This document shows, piece by piece, positions 28,512 to 44,261 of a stretch of DNA of 64,000 nucleotides. The translations under genes were made by a program, and so were the position numbers. The number at the start of each line of letters is the position of its first letter. Within the stretch, counting starts at the first letter, position 1. The notes under the pieces were generated by a model. It searched no databases, had not been told where the DNA came from, and saw only the letters and a list, made by a program, of their open reading frames with translations. Origin of the DNA: Eledone cirrhosa (lineage: Eukaryota); assembly GCA_964016885.1 (NCBI GenBank), contig OZ024747.1:3968001-4032000 (forward strand). Reading direction: 5' to 3'.

Positions 28512-29444
28512 ATATTATAATAATATAATTCATTCAACTTATACTATAAGGGTGCAGCGTGATTCTGTGGTTAAGAAGTTTTTGTAACTATTTTGGTTGG
28601 TGTTTGATTCCACTGAAGGTGGATGGCTTAGTGGTTAGAGAATTTGGTTTGCAATCATGAGGCTGCGAGTTCAATAGCTGGCCTGGGTGATGTGTTATGT
28701 CCTTGAGCAAGACACTTTATTTTGTGCTGCTCTTTCTGCCGGAGTTGTGATCAATAGATAGTACAGCAGTTGGCAAGACCAATGGAAACACTATTTCCTC
28801 GGTCCAATTTGATTATGTTCACCTCACTTCTTGGTAAGTGAATGAGGTCTGGGATTGTGTCAATTGACTTCCTTTTTTCCTCCTTACTTCCTTGATTCCA
28901 CTGCATGACACCTTGGACATGTATTTGCTACCATAGTCTGAGATTGAACAAAGTAGTCATTGAAATTTGGTAAATGGAAAATGAGGAAGCCAGGAGAGTT
29001 TAACACCATCACTACCAAACATTCAGAACCTTTTAGCAGGAAAGTCAGTTTTGAGTTGAGCATTTGTACAAGACTCAGCAGTCTTGGAAATTCTGACAGA
29101 AACATGGAGGATACTCTTCTTCCTACAAAAGAAATCACAAAAAATCCATCAGTTCTTTGATGGATAGTTATATGTTTAAAATACATGCATATACACACAC
29201 ACACATGTTATATATATATATATATATGTATATGTATATATATGTATATGTACGCTTATACACACATACATGCACGTGTGAATAAATATAATGATTGAGG
29301 TTGGTGTTAGGAAGGGCATCCAGCTGTAGAAATCAAGCCAGAATCAGTTCCCGTCCCACCCTTGCAAGCAGGGAAAAGCGGACGTAAAATGAAATGATGA
29401 AATGATGATGATGATGTCATATTGATACCTTGTTCCTACTACAC

Positions 29445-29539
<95 letters not shown>

Positions 29540-29613
29540 AGCACTGAAACACTGTATCTATCTTTAGCAGTTTGCTGATGAGATGGCACTGTCTGTATTT
29601 GTTCATTTTCCTG

Positions 29614-29656
<43 letters not shown>

Positions 29657-30745
29657 TGTACGTACGGATTCTTGTGGGTTTATCCCAAATTCTTGGTAAA
29701 ATGGTGTAGGTAATGAAAAGACTGTTTTTTTGTGAAATTTGTCTCAGCCAAACCATTCTACTGAGAAAATAACAGGTTATCAAAATGTCGGAAGACATGC
29801 GGCTTAGCTCACTTATGTGAAAGCTAATGGAACAAATTATCTATTGCAGTATCACAGAGCATAAACATTCTTACTACATACCAACATAATGCCAAAAACT
29901 CATAGATCCAAGCATGGCTGCCTGGTTATGGAGTTACACTTTGCAAACATATGACTACAAGTTCAATACCAATGTATGGCATCTCAGACAAGTGTCTTTT
30001 ATACAAGTTATACTGTGTATAATTCTATAATTTTTATACTCTTAGTATGCATGTATGGTGCCATAACCCCATGTCCATAGTATTGGAACTATGATCTCTT
30101 AATTCTAAGAAGTAACAGCTCTACCTGGAGTGACTCTGATCTCAGAGCTACAAATCTGTCCAGTGATTTTTTCCTGAGACATTCTACCACAAGCCCATAT
30201 ATTGTCTTTACAGAAAAATCAATAAGTTCAGTTTGCAATACAGATATCTTTCCTGGCTGATTTATTTCTCATAACTGTGAAAAGGTGATTGAAAAAAGTA
30301 GTTGAGTGGTTTATTTGAGAAGTAACATATTATAGTTGTTTCTTCTACTTGTAAATAAAAGTAAAATTCTTTTTTCTCTCAACAATTTACAAATCTATGC
30401 TCTACTATCCTTCCATAGTCCAATGCTAGCCTAATAAGACATTGCCTATCTTCCAATAAACATAGGACATGTTACTAGAAGCTCCATATTCTTCTATTCC
30501 TGTGCTTCATGCAACTCACAAACTTCTTTATATTTCTGGTCTTTCATTTGTTGGTTCTTATTGTATTAATGTTGCTGCATTGTAGCATCAAATATGACAC
30601 ACAGACACATGTATATATCATCATCATCATAAGATGCAACACTTTTTAACGCCTGTTTTACACACACACACACACAGATGTATAGAGCATCATTATCATC
30701 ATCAGCAACATCACTTTTTAATGACTCTTTTCAACACACACTCAC

Positions 30746-30797
<52 letters not shown>

Positions 30798-31019
30798 ATC
30801 AGTTTCTTTGAATATATCTGTCTATGTATTTCTGTGTGAGTATTTATGTGTGCTAATATATGTACATTTATGTATGTAGATAGTTTTATATATGTATGGA
30901 CACAATTCCTGAAGGAGTCACAGAAGAACTTTAAACATGACAGAGCACATACTTTCTCTCGGTCTTAATATAGCCAACTTCTTCCACTAAAGTAGAGAGA
31001 GAGAGAGAGAGAGAGAGAA

Positions 31020-31293
31020 AGTCAACCTTAATACCGAACTGCTATATTTTTTTTATCAACTTCGAAATTTGAAAATCAAAGTTGACCTCAGTGGGATTTG
31101 AACTCAGAGAGTGCACAGAGGCAAAATGGATATTACAAAGCATTCTATCTGGCATTCTTATGACAGCCATTTACAGTCTGAGTTCAAATCCTGCCGAGGT
31201 TAACTTTGCCTTTCATACTTACGGGGTCGATAAAATAAAATACCAGTAATGTACTGGGTAATTGCTGGCCTTGTGCCTAAAGTAGAAACAATT
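31020..31293. mobile_element. Head-to-head SINE family A pair
   Basis: Diverged minus copy ~31020-31160 and plus copy 31170-31293. Confidence 0.65.
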
Positions 31294-31499
31294 CTTATGA
31301 CAGCCATTGTTATGACAGCCATTGTTATGACTGCCATTCTTATGACTCTGCCATTCTTATGACTGCCAATTTTCTACCCTTGTAGATAGTTACATTTACA
31401 TATTTTCACATATTAATACATACCACACATCTCTGCATCTACTGGGGTTTATAAGAAGCTGGGCTCTGTACAGCTAAGCAGTCTAAAATAGTCTAAAGT

Positions 31500-31762
31500 C
31501 TGTCTCAAGCTTGGAGGCTCATCATGCCAGTTTCCGTGGTATGAAGCAACTGAAAGCAGAAGACTCCCCCTTGGACAGGATGACAGTCCATTGCAGGGTT
31601 AAACCTCCAGTTATAGCGGGTACTCATTTTCAGCTGAGTATACTGGAGCAACATAAAATGAAGTCTTTTGCTCCAGAACACAACACACAACCTAAACCAG
31701 GAATCAAACCCATGACATTATGTAAGTTCAACACCCTTACCACTAGGCTATGTACCTCCGCT
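31500..31762 (-). mobile_element. tRNA-derived SINE with the family B head and a different tail
   Basis: Minus strand gtggtaagggtg..ggtttgattcc..tggagcaaaagacttcattttatgttgctccagtatactcagctg..cctgcaatggactgtcatcctgtccaaggggg. Confidence 0.55.
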
Positions 31763-31959
31763 ACACCTAAGCAGAGCTCTGTGAATATCTTATGCCTTTC
31801 GTTAAACATTTTTTTTTTAATCAGCCCCTTCCACACACCTTTGAATGTTAAGAGAAGCCATCCTCCACCCATCATGAAGACCAAAGGCTCAAGAACATTC
31901 TTGTTCTGCCTTGCAAAACTTCTCCCAGATTCCCTGAAAACTACTTACAATAAAATAGA

Positions 31960-34478
31960 AAATATTATATTATTATATTTGGGTAGGGTGATATCACCAC
32001 TAAAATATTATATTATTATATTTGGAGAGGGTGATATCACCACTAAAATATTATATTATTATATTTGGAGAGGGTGATATCACCACTAAAATATTATATT
32101 ATTATATTTGGAGAGGGTCATATCACCCTAAAATATTATATTATTATATTTGGAGAGGGTCATATCACCCTAAAATATTATATTATTATATTTGGAGAGG
32201 GTCATATCACCCTAAAATATTATATTATTATATTTGGAGAGGGTCATATCACCCTAAAATATTATATTATTATATTTGGAGAGGGTCATATCACCCTAAA
32301 ATATTATATTATTATATTTGGAGAGGGTGATATCACCACTAAAATATTATATTATTATATTTGGAGAGGGTGATATCACCACTAAAATATTATATTATTA
32401 TATTTGGAGAGGGTCATATCACCCTAAAATATTATATTATTATATTTGGAGAGGGTGATATCACCACTAAAATATTATATTATTATATTTGGAGAGGGTG
32501 ATATCACCACTAAAATATTATATTATTATATTTGGAGAGGGTGATATCACCACTAAAATATTATATTATTATATTTGGAGAGGGTCATATCACCCTAAAA
32601 TATTATATTATTATATTTGGAGAGGGTGATATCACCACTAAAATATTATATTATTATATTTGGAGAGGGTCATATCACCCTAAAATATTATATTATTATA
32701 TTTGGAGAGGGTGATATCACCACTAAAATATTATATTATTATATTTGGAGAGGGTGATATCACCACTAAAATATTATATTATTATATTTGGAGAGGGTGA
32801 TATCACCACTAAAATATTATATTATTATATTTGGAGAGGGTCATATCACCCTAAAATATTATATTATTATATTTGGAGAGGGTGATATCACCACTAAAAT
32901 ATTATATTATTATATTTGGAGAGGGTGATATCACCACTAAAATATTATATTATTATATTTGGAGAGGGTGATATCACCACTAAAATATTATATTATTATA
33001 TTTGGAGAGGGTGATATCACCACTAAAATATTATATTATTATATTTGGAGAGGGTCATATCACCCTAAAATATTATATTATTATATTTGGAGAGGGTGAT
33101 ATCACCACTAAAATATTATATTATTATATTTGGAGAGGGTGATATCACCACTAAAATATTATATTATTATATTTGGAGAGGGTGATATCACCACTAAAAT
33201 ATTATATTATTATATTTGGAGAGGGTGATATCACCCTAAAATATTATATTATTATATTTGGAGAGGGTGATATCACCACTAAAATATTATATTATTATAT
33301 TTGGAGAGGGTGATATCACCACTAAAATATTATATTATTATATTTGGAGAGGGTCATATCACTGCCAAATATTATATTATTATATTTGGAGAGGGTCATA
33401 TCACCACTAAAATATGATATTATTATATTTGGAGAGGGTCATATCACTGCCAAATATTATATTGTTATATTTGGAGAGGGTCATATCACCACTAAAATAT
33501 GATATTATTATATTTGGAGAGGGTGATATCACCACCAAAGATTATATTATTATATTTGGGTAGGGTGATATCACCACCAAAGATTATATTATTATATTTG
33601 GGTAGGGTCATATCACCACTAAAGATTATATTATTATATTTGGGTAGGGTCATATCACCACTAAAGATTATATTATTATATTTGGGTAGGGTCATATCAC
33701 CACTAAAGATTATATTATTATATTTGGGTAGGGTCATATCACCACTAAAGATTATATTATTATATTTGGGTAGGGTCATATCACCACTAAAGATTATATT
33801 ATTATATTTGGGTAGGGTGATATCACCCCTAAAGATTATATTATTATATTTGGGTAGAGTCATATCACCACTAAAGATTATATTATTATATTTGGGTAGG
33901 GTCATATCACCACCAAAGATTATATTATTATATTTGGGTAGGGTCATATCACCACTAAAGATTATATTATTATATTTGGGTAGGGTCATATCACCACTAA
34001 AGATTATATTATTATATTTGGGTAGGGTCATATCACCACTAAAGATTATATTATTATATTTGGGTAGGGTCATATCACCACTAAAGATTATATTATTATA
34101 TTTGGGTAGGGTCATATCACCACTAAAGATTATATTATTATATTTGGGTAGGGTCATATCACCACTAAAGATTATATTATTATATTTGGGTAGGGTCATA
34201 TCACCACTAAAGATTATATTATTATATTTGGGAAGGGTCATATCACCACTAAAGATTATATTATTATATTTGGGTAGGGTCATATCACCACTAAAGATTA
34301 TATTATTATATTTGGGTAGGGTCATATCACCACTAAAGATTATATTATTATATTTGGGAAGGGTCATATCACCACTAAAGATTATATTATTATATTTGGG
34401 TAGGGTCATATCACCACTAAAGATTATATTATTATATTTGGGTAGTGTGATATCACCACCAAAGATTATATTATTATA
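31960..34478. repeat. 42/43-bp minisatellite, about 59 units
   Basis: Unit atattatattattatatttggagagggtgatatcaccactaaa, switching to a gggtag/aaagatt variant after ~33540. Confidence 0.95.
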
Positions 34479-34939
34479 ATCTATTAATTGACAGTTTGAA
34501 ATTTATTCTGACTTGCAGATCAAATGAAAAGTTCAGCAGTTAATGATGTAAACAATATAAATCAGAATTCATAAAGAGACACAATAAAAAAAAAACACAA
34601 ATAAAAATGAAAATAGAAATAAATTAAAATAAAATAAAATAAAATTTAATTTTAAAAATAAATTAAATTAGAACCATTTGTTCCACCCATTTAATTCTCA
34701 CTCTACCATTTATATTTTTTATTTTTGTTTTTTCAATGTATATTTGTTTATTTATTTTCCTTATTATTTTTTTACGGAATTGAAATATAAAAGGAATTTA
34801 AAAAATGTAATTTAGTAATAAAAACCTTGTATGAATCAATGGAACATTTTATATCTATTTACTGGCAATAAAACAAATGTTGGTATGTAATAAAAACAAT
34901 AACAATGACCACATCAACAGCAATAATAGTAACAATAAT

Positions 34940-35152
34940 AATAGTTTCTGATTTAGGCACAAAGTCAACCATTTTGGGGGAGGGGAAAGTCAATTAAATC
35001 AACCCCAGTGCATTACTGGTACTTTATTTTATCGACCCCGTAAGAATGAAAGGCAAAGTTAACCTCGGCGGGATTGGAACTCAGACCATAAAGGGCCGTA
35101 ACTCTTTGCTACAAAGCATGGCATCTGACCCTCTACCGATACTGCCAATCCA
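34940..35152 (-). mobile_element. SINE family A (long-tail variant)
   Basis: Reverse match to the family, including the ttgatttaat.gactttccc tail. Confidence 0.75.
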
Positions 35153-36734
35153 AGTAATAACATTGACAATTATGATGATTATTATTTAATATATTTGCCA
35201 CAAAGGGGGGGGGGGAGCACACGTGACATTGTCTGCGGTAGGGAGGGGGAACATGTTCATTGGATGGTTGCAAAACACAAATTATATATACTCGTATCAT
35301 CATTACAGTATAACGTCTATTTTCCACGCTAGCATGAGTTAGACAAGTTGTCCTATTTGAGGCAAGTTGAGGTCGAATGACCATGATGTGTTCATACAGA
35401 ACCGATTTTGGCTTGGTTTCTATGTGTGTATATATGTATATACACACATATACACATTCACTCACACACACTCACACATACACACACACATACATAATGA
35501 TGATAATGAATGTAAGAAAAAAAATAGCACTGGACATAAATAACTAAACTGGGGTCGGTGGTAAAAAAAACACTCCGAGAGTGACATTTATGGATAAGCC
35601 TCAACTGATGTGAAAAGATAGTTTTAAGCAAGACAAGCAGAGCCTGATTTATCTGGAGTTTGTGTGTATGAAAACAATTTCCCCTGGTGTGAGGAGTAGA
35701 ACGACTAACTATACTGCACTGTCATGCAAATATATGATGGGATCGACTCTTCTGACCAATTGCTTAATTCCATTATACCACATCCATCAGATATTGTTTT
35801 GTTCCAAAAAGCTTAACACTTCTCAGTTGGGTTTAAAGCATCTTTACAAATCTATATTGTTTAATATTTGTTTTTGTAAAAAAAGTTTTGTGATGGGAGA
35901 GGGTTGAGGCGGGGAGGTGGTAACTTTACTTAAAGTATATATATTATTCATATTATTCATATTATTTATATTATTTATATATTTGTTTGTTATTTATTTA
36001 TTGGTTTATCTATTCTTATCCTCTCTTTCATTATCACACTTTTCAATGTTTTTTTTGTCTTTCATTCATGTATTATTTTTAAATATCTAAGTATATTCCT
36101 ATGTATATATATATACACATACGCAGAGCACACATACATATATAGGCACACGTTCACATATACATACTCACAAGTGCATGCACACACACATACACACGCA
36201 TATATATATATATATATATATATGCAAGCGTGGAACACGGACGTTAAACGATGATGAGGATATATGATATGCAAATATGGACCTTTACATAAAAATATAG
36301 ATAAATGCAAATGCATAGATGAACGTGAAAATATATGTGCATTGAGAGAGAGAAAGAATCATTATTATACACATAATATATAATGTTTTTTAACCTCGCT
36401 TTCTTTATTGTTATATAGACTATAAAACCTAAACCATATTTTTCAAAAAATAATGCCTATGTGTGTAGTCATACATCAATATATATGTATATAAATATAT
36501 ATTTTATATATATATATATATATATTGATGTGTGTATATATACACACATACACATACACATATATATATGTATATAAATATATATTTTATATATATATAC
36601 ATATATATTGATGTGTGTATATATATACACACATACACATATATATATGTATATATATGTATGTGTATATATATACACATACACATTACATATATATGTA
36701 TATATATATGTATATGTATATATGTATGTATATA

Positions 36735-36772
<38 letters not shown>

Positions 36773-37989
36773 TATATATATATATATATATAGGTATATA
36801 TACATATATATACATGTATATGTGTATATATATGTATATGTATATAAGTGTATATATTGTTGCATGAACACACATACATATGTGTGTAAAAATCATCATC
36901 ATCATTGTAATAAACACATGTATGTATGTGTGTGTATGTCTTCATGTAACAATATACACATATATATGTATATATATGTACACATATATATACATATATG
37001 TATATGTACACATATATACACACACATGGCTTCTTATTTACAAAACTCTATATACCACCACACACCATAGTGGCATCAACTTATACAAGTTAATGTTATT
37101 ATTATTATTTTTACTATATTCTATCAGTTTCCTTATTTTATCATTATTTTCTAGTGTTCTTTTTTGCCATGCCTTGGCTTCCTCTATAGATTTTTTTTTC
37201 CTCTTTGTGAGAAATAGATGAAGTCTAATCAAATAGGCTTCTCATAGGCTGCCAGATGTCCAGTATGTTGTTCCCTTTAAGAAATAATGAACTAGTCTTC
37301 ATTCAAGGGGTGTATGGCCAGCCAGTCTATTATCTTGAGTGGTAGTATGTATGACTAAAAAAATGTAAAAAAAAAACACATACACATGCACACACATATT
37401 TATATGTATATACACACATATTTATATGTATATACACACATATACATATATATATATATACAGAGAGAGAGAGCGAGAGAGAGAAAAGTAGCTAAATACT
37501 AGAAAAAAAAAAAATTATAAAGTATCAGAAATGTGACAAGGAGCTTTGTCAATGCTAAAAAAAAAAAATGAAAGAAACCAAAGGGAAGACATTAAAAAAC
37601 GTATGATTTAGATAAAGTGTTTTCTAATATTCCCAGCTTTGCTGCATTATCTCTCTATCTCTCTCTATCTCTCTCTATATATCTATCTATCTACCTATCT
37701 ATCTATCGTTGTCCAGTAGATAGAACATAGAATGGTTTCCATGAACTCACTGGCTTTTTATGAAGTGTCATAAACAGTGCATTCTCTACACGGAAGCAAG
37801 CAAACATAATTATTTACACATATAGAAACAGTCAGATAGACACACACACACAGACATAGACAAACACAGACACATCCACCAACACACATACAAACAAAAC
37901 AAAGCAAAAAAAAAGCAACAGCAGGCAATGTTTGAACAAAAAACAAAGTTGATTGCCCATAAGTACATTGTGTGCCAGTAGTAGCTATA

Positions 37990-38176
37990 ATAATTGTTTC
38001 TACTTTTGGCACAAGGCCAGCAATTACGCAGTACATTACTGGTACTTTATTTTATCAACCCCGTAAGGATGAAAGGCAAAATTAACCTCGGCTGGATTTG
38101 AACTCAGTCTGTAAAGAGACGTAACTATGCTGCAAAGCATGGCGTCCGACTCTCTACCGATACTGCCAATCCACCG
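37990..38176 (-). mobile_element. SINE family A
   Basis: Full-length reverse match. Confidence 0.8.
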
Positions 38177-39196
38177 TGTTGATTAAAACAACTGAAGGAC
38201 TTCAGGAAGTGAATTGGCAGAATCAGTAGAGCACTGGGCAATATGGCACGAGGTTTCATTTTATTTTGTCTTTCTGTTCTGTGTTTAAATCTTGTAGAAG
38301 TCAATTTTACTTTTGATTTTTAAATGGCTTCAGGTTCAATGGGTGAACTGTAAGTAAAAGGTTGAAAAGTAAAGCCAGTGAACAACTGATGATCTTTGTA
38401 ATGGGTAAATAGAGATGGCATCTCTCTGAGAAGTATATTACAATAAAATTGAATAACAAGATCCTTCTTCTTCTTCATTCACATATTCCTGAGAGGGTTG
38501 TGGGGGAAGAGTCCTCAAAGACTCCTTCAAGTGGATCCTGTCAGAAGCAACCCTCTCCAACTGATCTGGCTGGATCTCCAAGTGAGACCAGCTGAGCTCA
38601 TGGATGTTATCCAACCATCTTGTTCAGGGTCTTCTTGTCACAGAAAGGTTTTTATTTGAAGTTTCATCTACCTTTATCTGCAATTCTTCTTTTTCTTCTT
38701 CTTCTTCTTCTTCTTCTTCTTCTTCTTCTTCTTCTTCTTCTCCCACTATTTGTGGGAACATCGTGGGAGCAGAGTTGACAAACACACATTCTAGTGGGTG
38801 TTGCCATAAGTACCCATCATAAACTGATCCAGGTGGATCCTCAAGGGAGACCATTTGAGCTCATGGATGTTATCCAACCATTTGGGTCTATCTCAGGATC
38901 TCCTAAATCTATCCAGCAATTCTTTCCTGAGATATTCTAGCCGTGATACTTCTTGCCACATTAAACCCAGTAAGCATCACATTAAATCTATTAAAAAAAT
39001 GTATGAACAATTAAAGTAGAAGCTGCTTGAAAATTTGACTTCATTTTCTCGCCATTGTTACTAATGTAGATTTAATGTTTTCCTAATGTGGCTGATTTTT
39101 TTGCTTTCAATATCTGGTTTAACAGACTGTAACAATAGGTATATATACATACACACACACTTATATATATATATGTATGTAAATATATATATATGT

Positions 39197-39352
39197 ATCA
39201 TGTTTAATATAGAAATGGCTTCTACAGGACTAGAACTGTTTCATTCTAGTCCTGAAGAAGCCATTGCTATATTAAATATGATGTTTATACTCTACTAATG
39301 TATTGACTACCTTACTTACTGCTGTTATCCCTGATTGAACCCACGACTCAGA
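39197..39352 (+). mobile_element. Fold-back insert (family F)
   Basis: Arms 39197-39235 and 39244-39282; TATTGACTAC at 39301-39310; flanked by TA/CA repeats. Confidence 0.65.
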
Positions 39353-39637
39353 CATACACACATATATATATATATATATATATATGTGTGTATGTATATA
39401 TATATATATACATACATTTATGCATTAGTGTATGTATAAACACACACTCACTCATTACCACACTACTAATCATCTCTACTAATTAGTAAACAGATGTATA
39501 AAAATACAAAGAAAATACTTTTATGCACTTGAGTGCAACATTTCAAATCTAGGTGACATTTATTTTTCTTTCTAAATTTTGTCTGTGAATTATTTTATGA
39601 TCTTTTATTTTAGTTACACCTAACCCCCCCCCACCCC

Positions 39638-39687
<50 letters not shown>

Positions 39688-39714
39688 GGTAGTAACAAAG
39701 CTTGCTTTATTGTC

Positions 39715-39780
<66 letters not shown>

Positions 39781-39947
39781 AATATATACATATATATATA
39801 TACATATATATATATACATTTATATATATATACATTTATATATATATACATATATATATATATATACATTTATATATATATATACATACATATATATATA
39901 CATATATATATATACATTTATATATATATATACATACATATATATAT

Positions 39948-40695
<748 letters not shown>

Positions 40696-41108
40696 TCAAT
40701 ATATATCGCTGACTATCTTGTTTCCTTCTTTCCCTACACATGCACATATTTACCTGCATCTATCTATCTCTCTCTCTATATATATATACAACTATTTTAC
40801 TTTGTTTTTACCATATATAATTGTTACTATATATATATATTTATATATATAGTAATATATATATTTCCCCTGAAACAAATCTGAAATCTGCCCTTGATCA
40901 CATCCAAACTATTTCCATTCAAACTTAGATAAAATCTGTTGGCACTTCTCCTGTTGGCAAATTGTCAATTCTTCACTTTTCATTTATTGTTCTTTCCATT
41001 CTATTTTATTTTCCTTCCATCACAAAATGCCAAGCTATGGTTTAAATAATCCACCTTTTTCTTATTTAACTAGTTTTTTTTTAATTCTTATTAGTATCAC
41101 TATTATAA

Positions 41109-41172
<64 letters not shown>

Positions 41173-41334
41173 TTATTTTCATTGTTAATTGTTTTTGGTA
41201 TTGTGTATTTTTACTCAATTTTATTGTAACCCCCCCCCCCCACACACACACACACACACTGTCCCTGTTTTGTATTGTCCCCTCTATGCTGGCCCTTGTG
41301 GCCAATAAATGAAACCATTATTATTATCACTATC

Positions 41335-41505
41335 ATTGGTAGAGGGCTGGACGCCATGCTTTCTAGCATAGTTACATCCCTTTACAGTCTGAGTTCAAAT
41401 CCCGCCGAGGTTAACTTTGCCTTTCATCCTTACGTGGTCGATAAAATAAAGTACCAGTAATGTACTGGGTAATTGCTGGCCTTGTGCCTAAAGTAGAAAC
41501 AATTA
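41335..41505 (+). mobile_element. SINE family A
   Basis: Match to 59205-59387. Confidence 0.8.
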
Positions 41506-41699
41506 TTATCATATTACTATTATTATTTATTTATTTATTTCTAATTTTCTTTTCGTTTTTAGCCCTATATTGCATTATACATTTTATACTATAATGAAAA
41601 AATACTATTTACTTTCTTCTTCTTCTTTTTCTTCTTCGTCTTCTTCTTTGTCTTCTTCATCTTCTAGCATGCTGTCACAGCATTACTGAGAATGTTGGA

Positions 41700-42560
41700 T
41701 ATATTCAGTTTTATTGAAAGTATACTTTGTAATACATGAGCAATGTCTAGTATTGCTATTTTTGTATATTATATATATTTGTAAGTCCTATGGCTTCGTT
41801 ATATATATATAGTGTTATTTTTTATATTTTCCAGTGTATTTATCATTAAAGGGATTGTTTCTGTTTTCATCATTCATATTCTGATTTTGTCTTTCTCCAG
41901 ATATTTATATTTGGATAATTTTTCCATTTCTTTGAGAGATGTATTATCATTTGTGAGACTAACACATCAATTAGAAGGCATTTCTTTTCTTTATGGTCTT
42001 TATAAATCCATGCACACTCTGCAGTAATGTTTCTATTTCTCTAATGTCTGCAGCATTCTTGTCAAAGCATTTGTACACAAGCCCAGCCCTGCTTAGTATT
42101 TCAATTAATGTTGTCAGTACTAGACAGAAAAGGCTTGAAAATTTGGAATCCCCTTGAAATATTTTTCTGTTAATTGGGATGGAGTTAGTTTTTATAACTT
42201 ATTCTTTATCTACAAAACTTTGATACTCATTGCAAGGTTAATGAATATTTTTTTTATTGTTGGTGATACTTTTTTCATGGCTGGCATGTCCAAAATTTAT
42301 GCTTGGGGAATCTTATAAAATATCTTCTGGTAATCAATCCATGCAATATTGAGATTCTTGTATTCTTTTTCTGAAACTATTGGTATGCCTGTGCTGGTCA
42401 GTAACTGGTCTTTGCACCACCCTTTCTCTTATTCTGGAAACAGGTTGTGGTTTTTTCCCCAGATATTTGGTCAGTCTCTGTAATATTATTGCAGTTAAGG
42501 GCTTTTATTCTTTTTTATTCAATTAAGTTCCTATTAAAACTGTTTTGTTCAAAGATCCAT
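41700..42560 (-). mobile_element. Decayed Dong/R4-clade LINE (internally deleted)
   Basis: Minus-strand remnants LFPE*EKG, CKDQLL, KNLNIAWIDYQK, SLKEMEKLSKYK and NIQKIAILDIAHVL. Confidence 0.7.
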
Positions 42561-43397
42561 TGGCATTGGTTCATATCTATAGAGATTTTATGATTTAGCA
42601 ACTATACTTGGTTTTAGTTATTCCCTTTTCTGGTATAGTATTAACAGCATCACTAGTAACATCAGCAGCATCACCATCACCACCATCATCAGCAGTATCA
42701 TCATTATCATCATCATTAACATTAGCATCAAGTTATATTGACAAAATCCTTAGTGTCAAACAAAATACCTTGCAGTAGTTTATTTTGTTTTGTATTATTG
42801 TATTTATTTATTTTTATTTTTTTTACTTTTTACATCCTGAGATCAACTCTCACTGAAATAACTTTACTTTTCGTCCTTGTGGGGTCAGTACAATAAAGTA
42901 TCTGTCTTTGTTATATTTGGGGAGGGTCATGTAGTCCTAATATTGCCAAAAATAGTAAAACACACTCACTGTTTTGTTTGGTTTTCGCTTCAGTATATTT
43001 TTATATTTTTATAAATAATTTGATTGTCCTACAGTTAAAGATATAAATATGAATATAATTTATCAAAGCTCTTTCATCACACATTTCTGTGACATCTTCA
43101 GTGATTATCATTGTGTTTTCTCTCATTGTGTTTCTATGTTTTTTGGTTGTCCCTGTTTGCGTGTGTATTCCCTTTGGTGTGTGATCTTCTGTTCGTGTCT
43201 GAGTCTGCATGAGTTTGTGTGTTTATATTCTACCTTTGGTTACTAGTGTGTGTTTGTGTGGGAGTGTTGTTATTACATCTGTGTATATTTATATTCTATC
43301 AGTCAACTGCTGTGATCAAGTTATTCAGTTAACCCCTCCCCTCCAATTAAATCTCTCACAATGAGACTATGTTACAAATTATTATTTAAATAATTAC

Positions 43398-43514
43398 ACA
43401 GGAGGGCCCAAAGGTCACTAGAACATTTTAAAATATAACTTTTATTTATTAAAAGTTGATTGTAAAACATTAATTATATTTTGAAATAGTCTAGTGACTT
43501 TTGGGCCACCTCTA
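43398..43514. mobile_element. Small MITE with Tc1/mariner-like TIRs
   Basis: caggagggcccaaaggtcactaga.cattttaaaatataa mirrors ttatattttgaaatagtctagtgacttttgggccacct.ta. Confidence 0.55.
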
Positions 43515-44135
43515 TTATTGTTTCTGATTTACTTCCTTCTTTTTTCTATCTTTCTGCATTCTAACAAATTATGTTCATAGATATATACTCTCATTGATAG
43601 ATATATGTATTACATACACAAAGGGCCTCTCCATGGCCACTCAACTTGCAAGAAATAGCAACCGATTATCCCTCAAATTATGCCTGACAATCCCTCCAAA
43701 AAAGAAAGGATATATTAGATTATGGAGTCATACAAAATCCTAAAAGAATAGACATGATGTCCATGACTGGAATGCTTTGATCATAATTCCACTTGACCAG
43801 AGTTGAAAGGAGGGGGGGGGCTAATGAACACCAATAACATACAAACATGCATATATATATATATATATATGTTTACTTATATATATATATAAACATATAA
43901 ATGTTTACTTATATATATATATATACATACACCAGTTTTTGTTTCATTTTACTAAATTTATTGCAGTGTGTTATAATGTATTAAGTTATGTTCCCATGAC
44001 AACTCTAACTCCTATCCCTCCAGTGAAGCAAAGAAGACAATTAAGTCAACCAGACCACTTCTTGAAAATGTGTCTATAATGCCCCCCCCCCCCCCCCCCT
44101 AATACATCTGACAAATAAAAAACATCATCATTGTT

Positions 44136-44192
<57 letters not shown>

Positions 44193-44261
44193 TCATTGTC
44201 CTCTTAATGTAAACCCTGTGTGGCTAATAAAGAAATTATTATTTAGTATATTTTTATCATG

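Noticed and set aside
28940-29170. Possible LINE endonuclease N-terminus (LKFGKWKMR)
   Set aside because: Similarity is too weak to call by eye.
29785-29850. CGGAAGA..GAAAG hammerhead-like string
   Set aside because: Altered core, no convincing stem I and no second copy.
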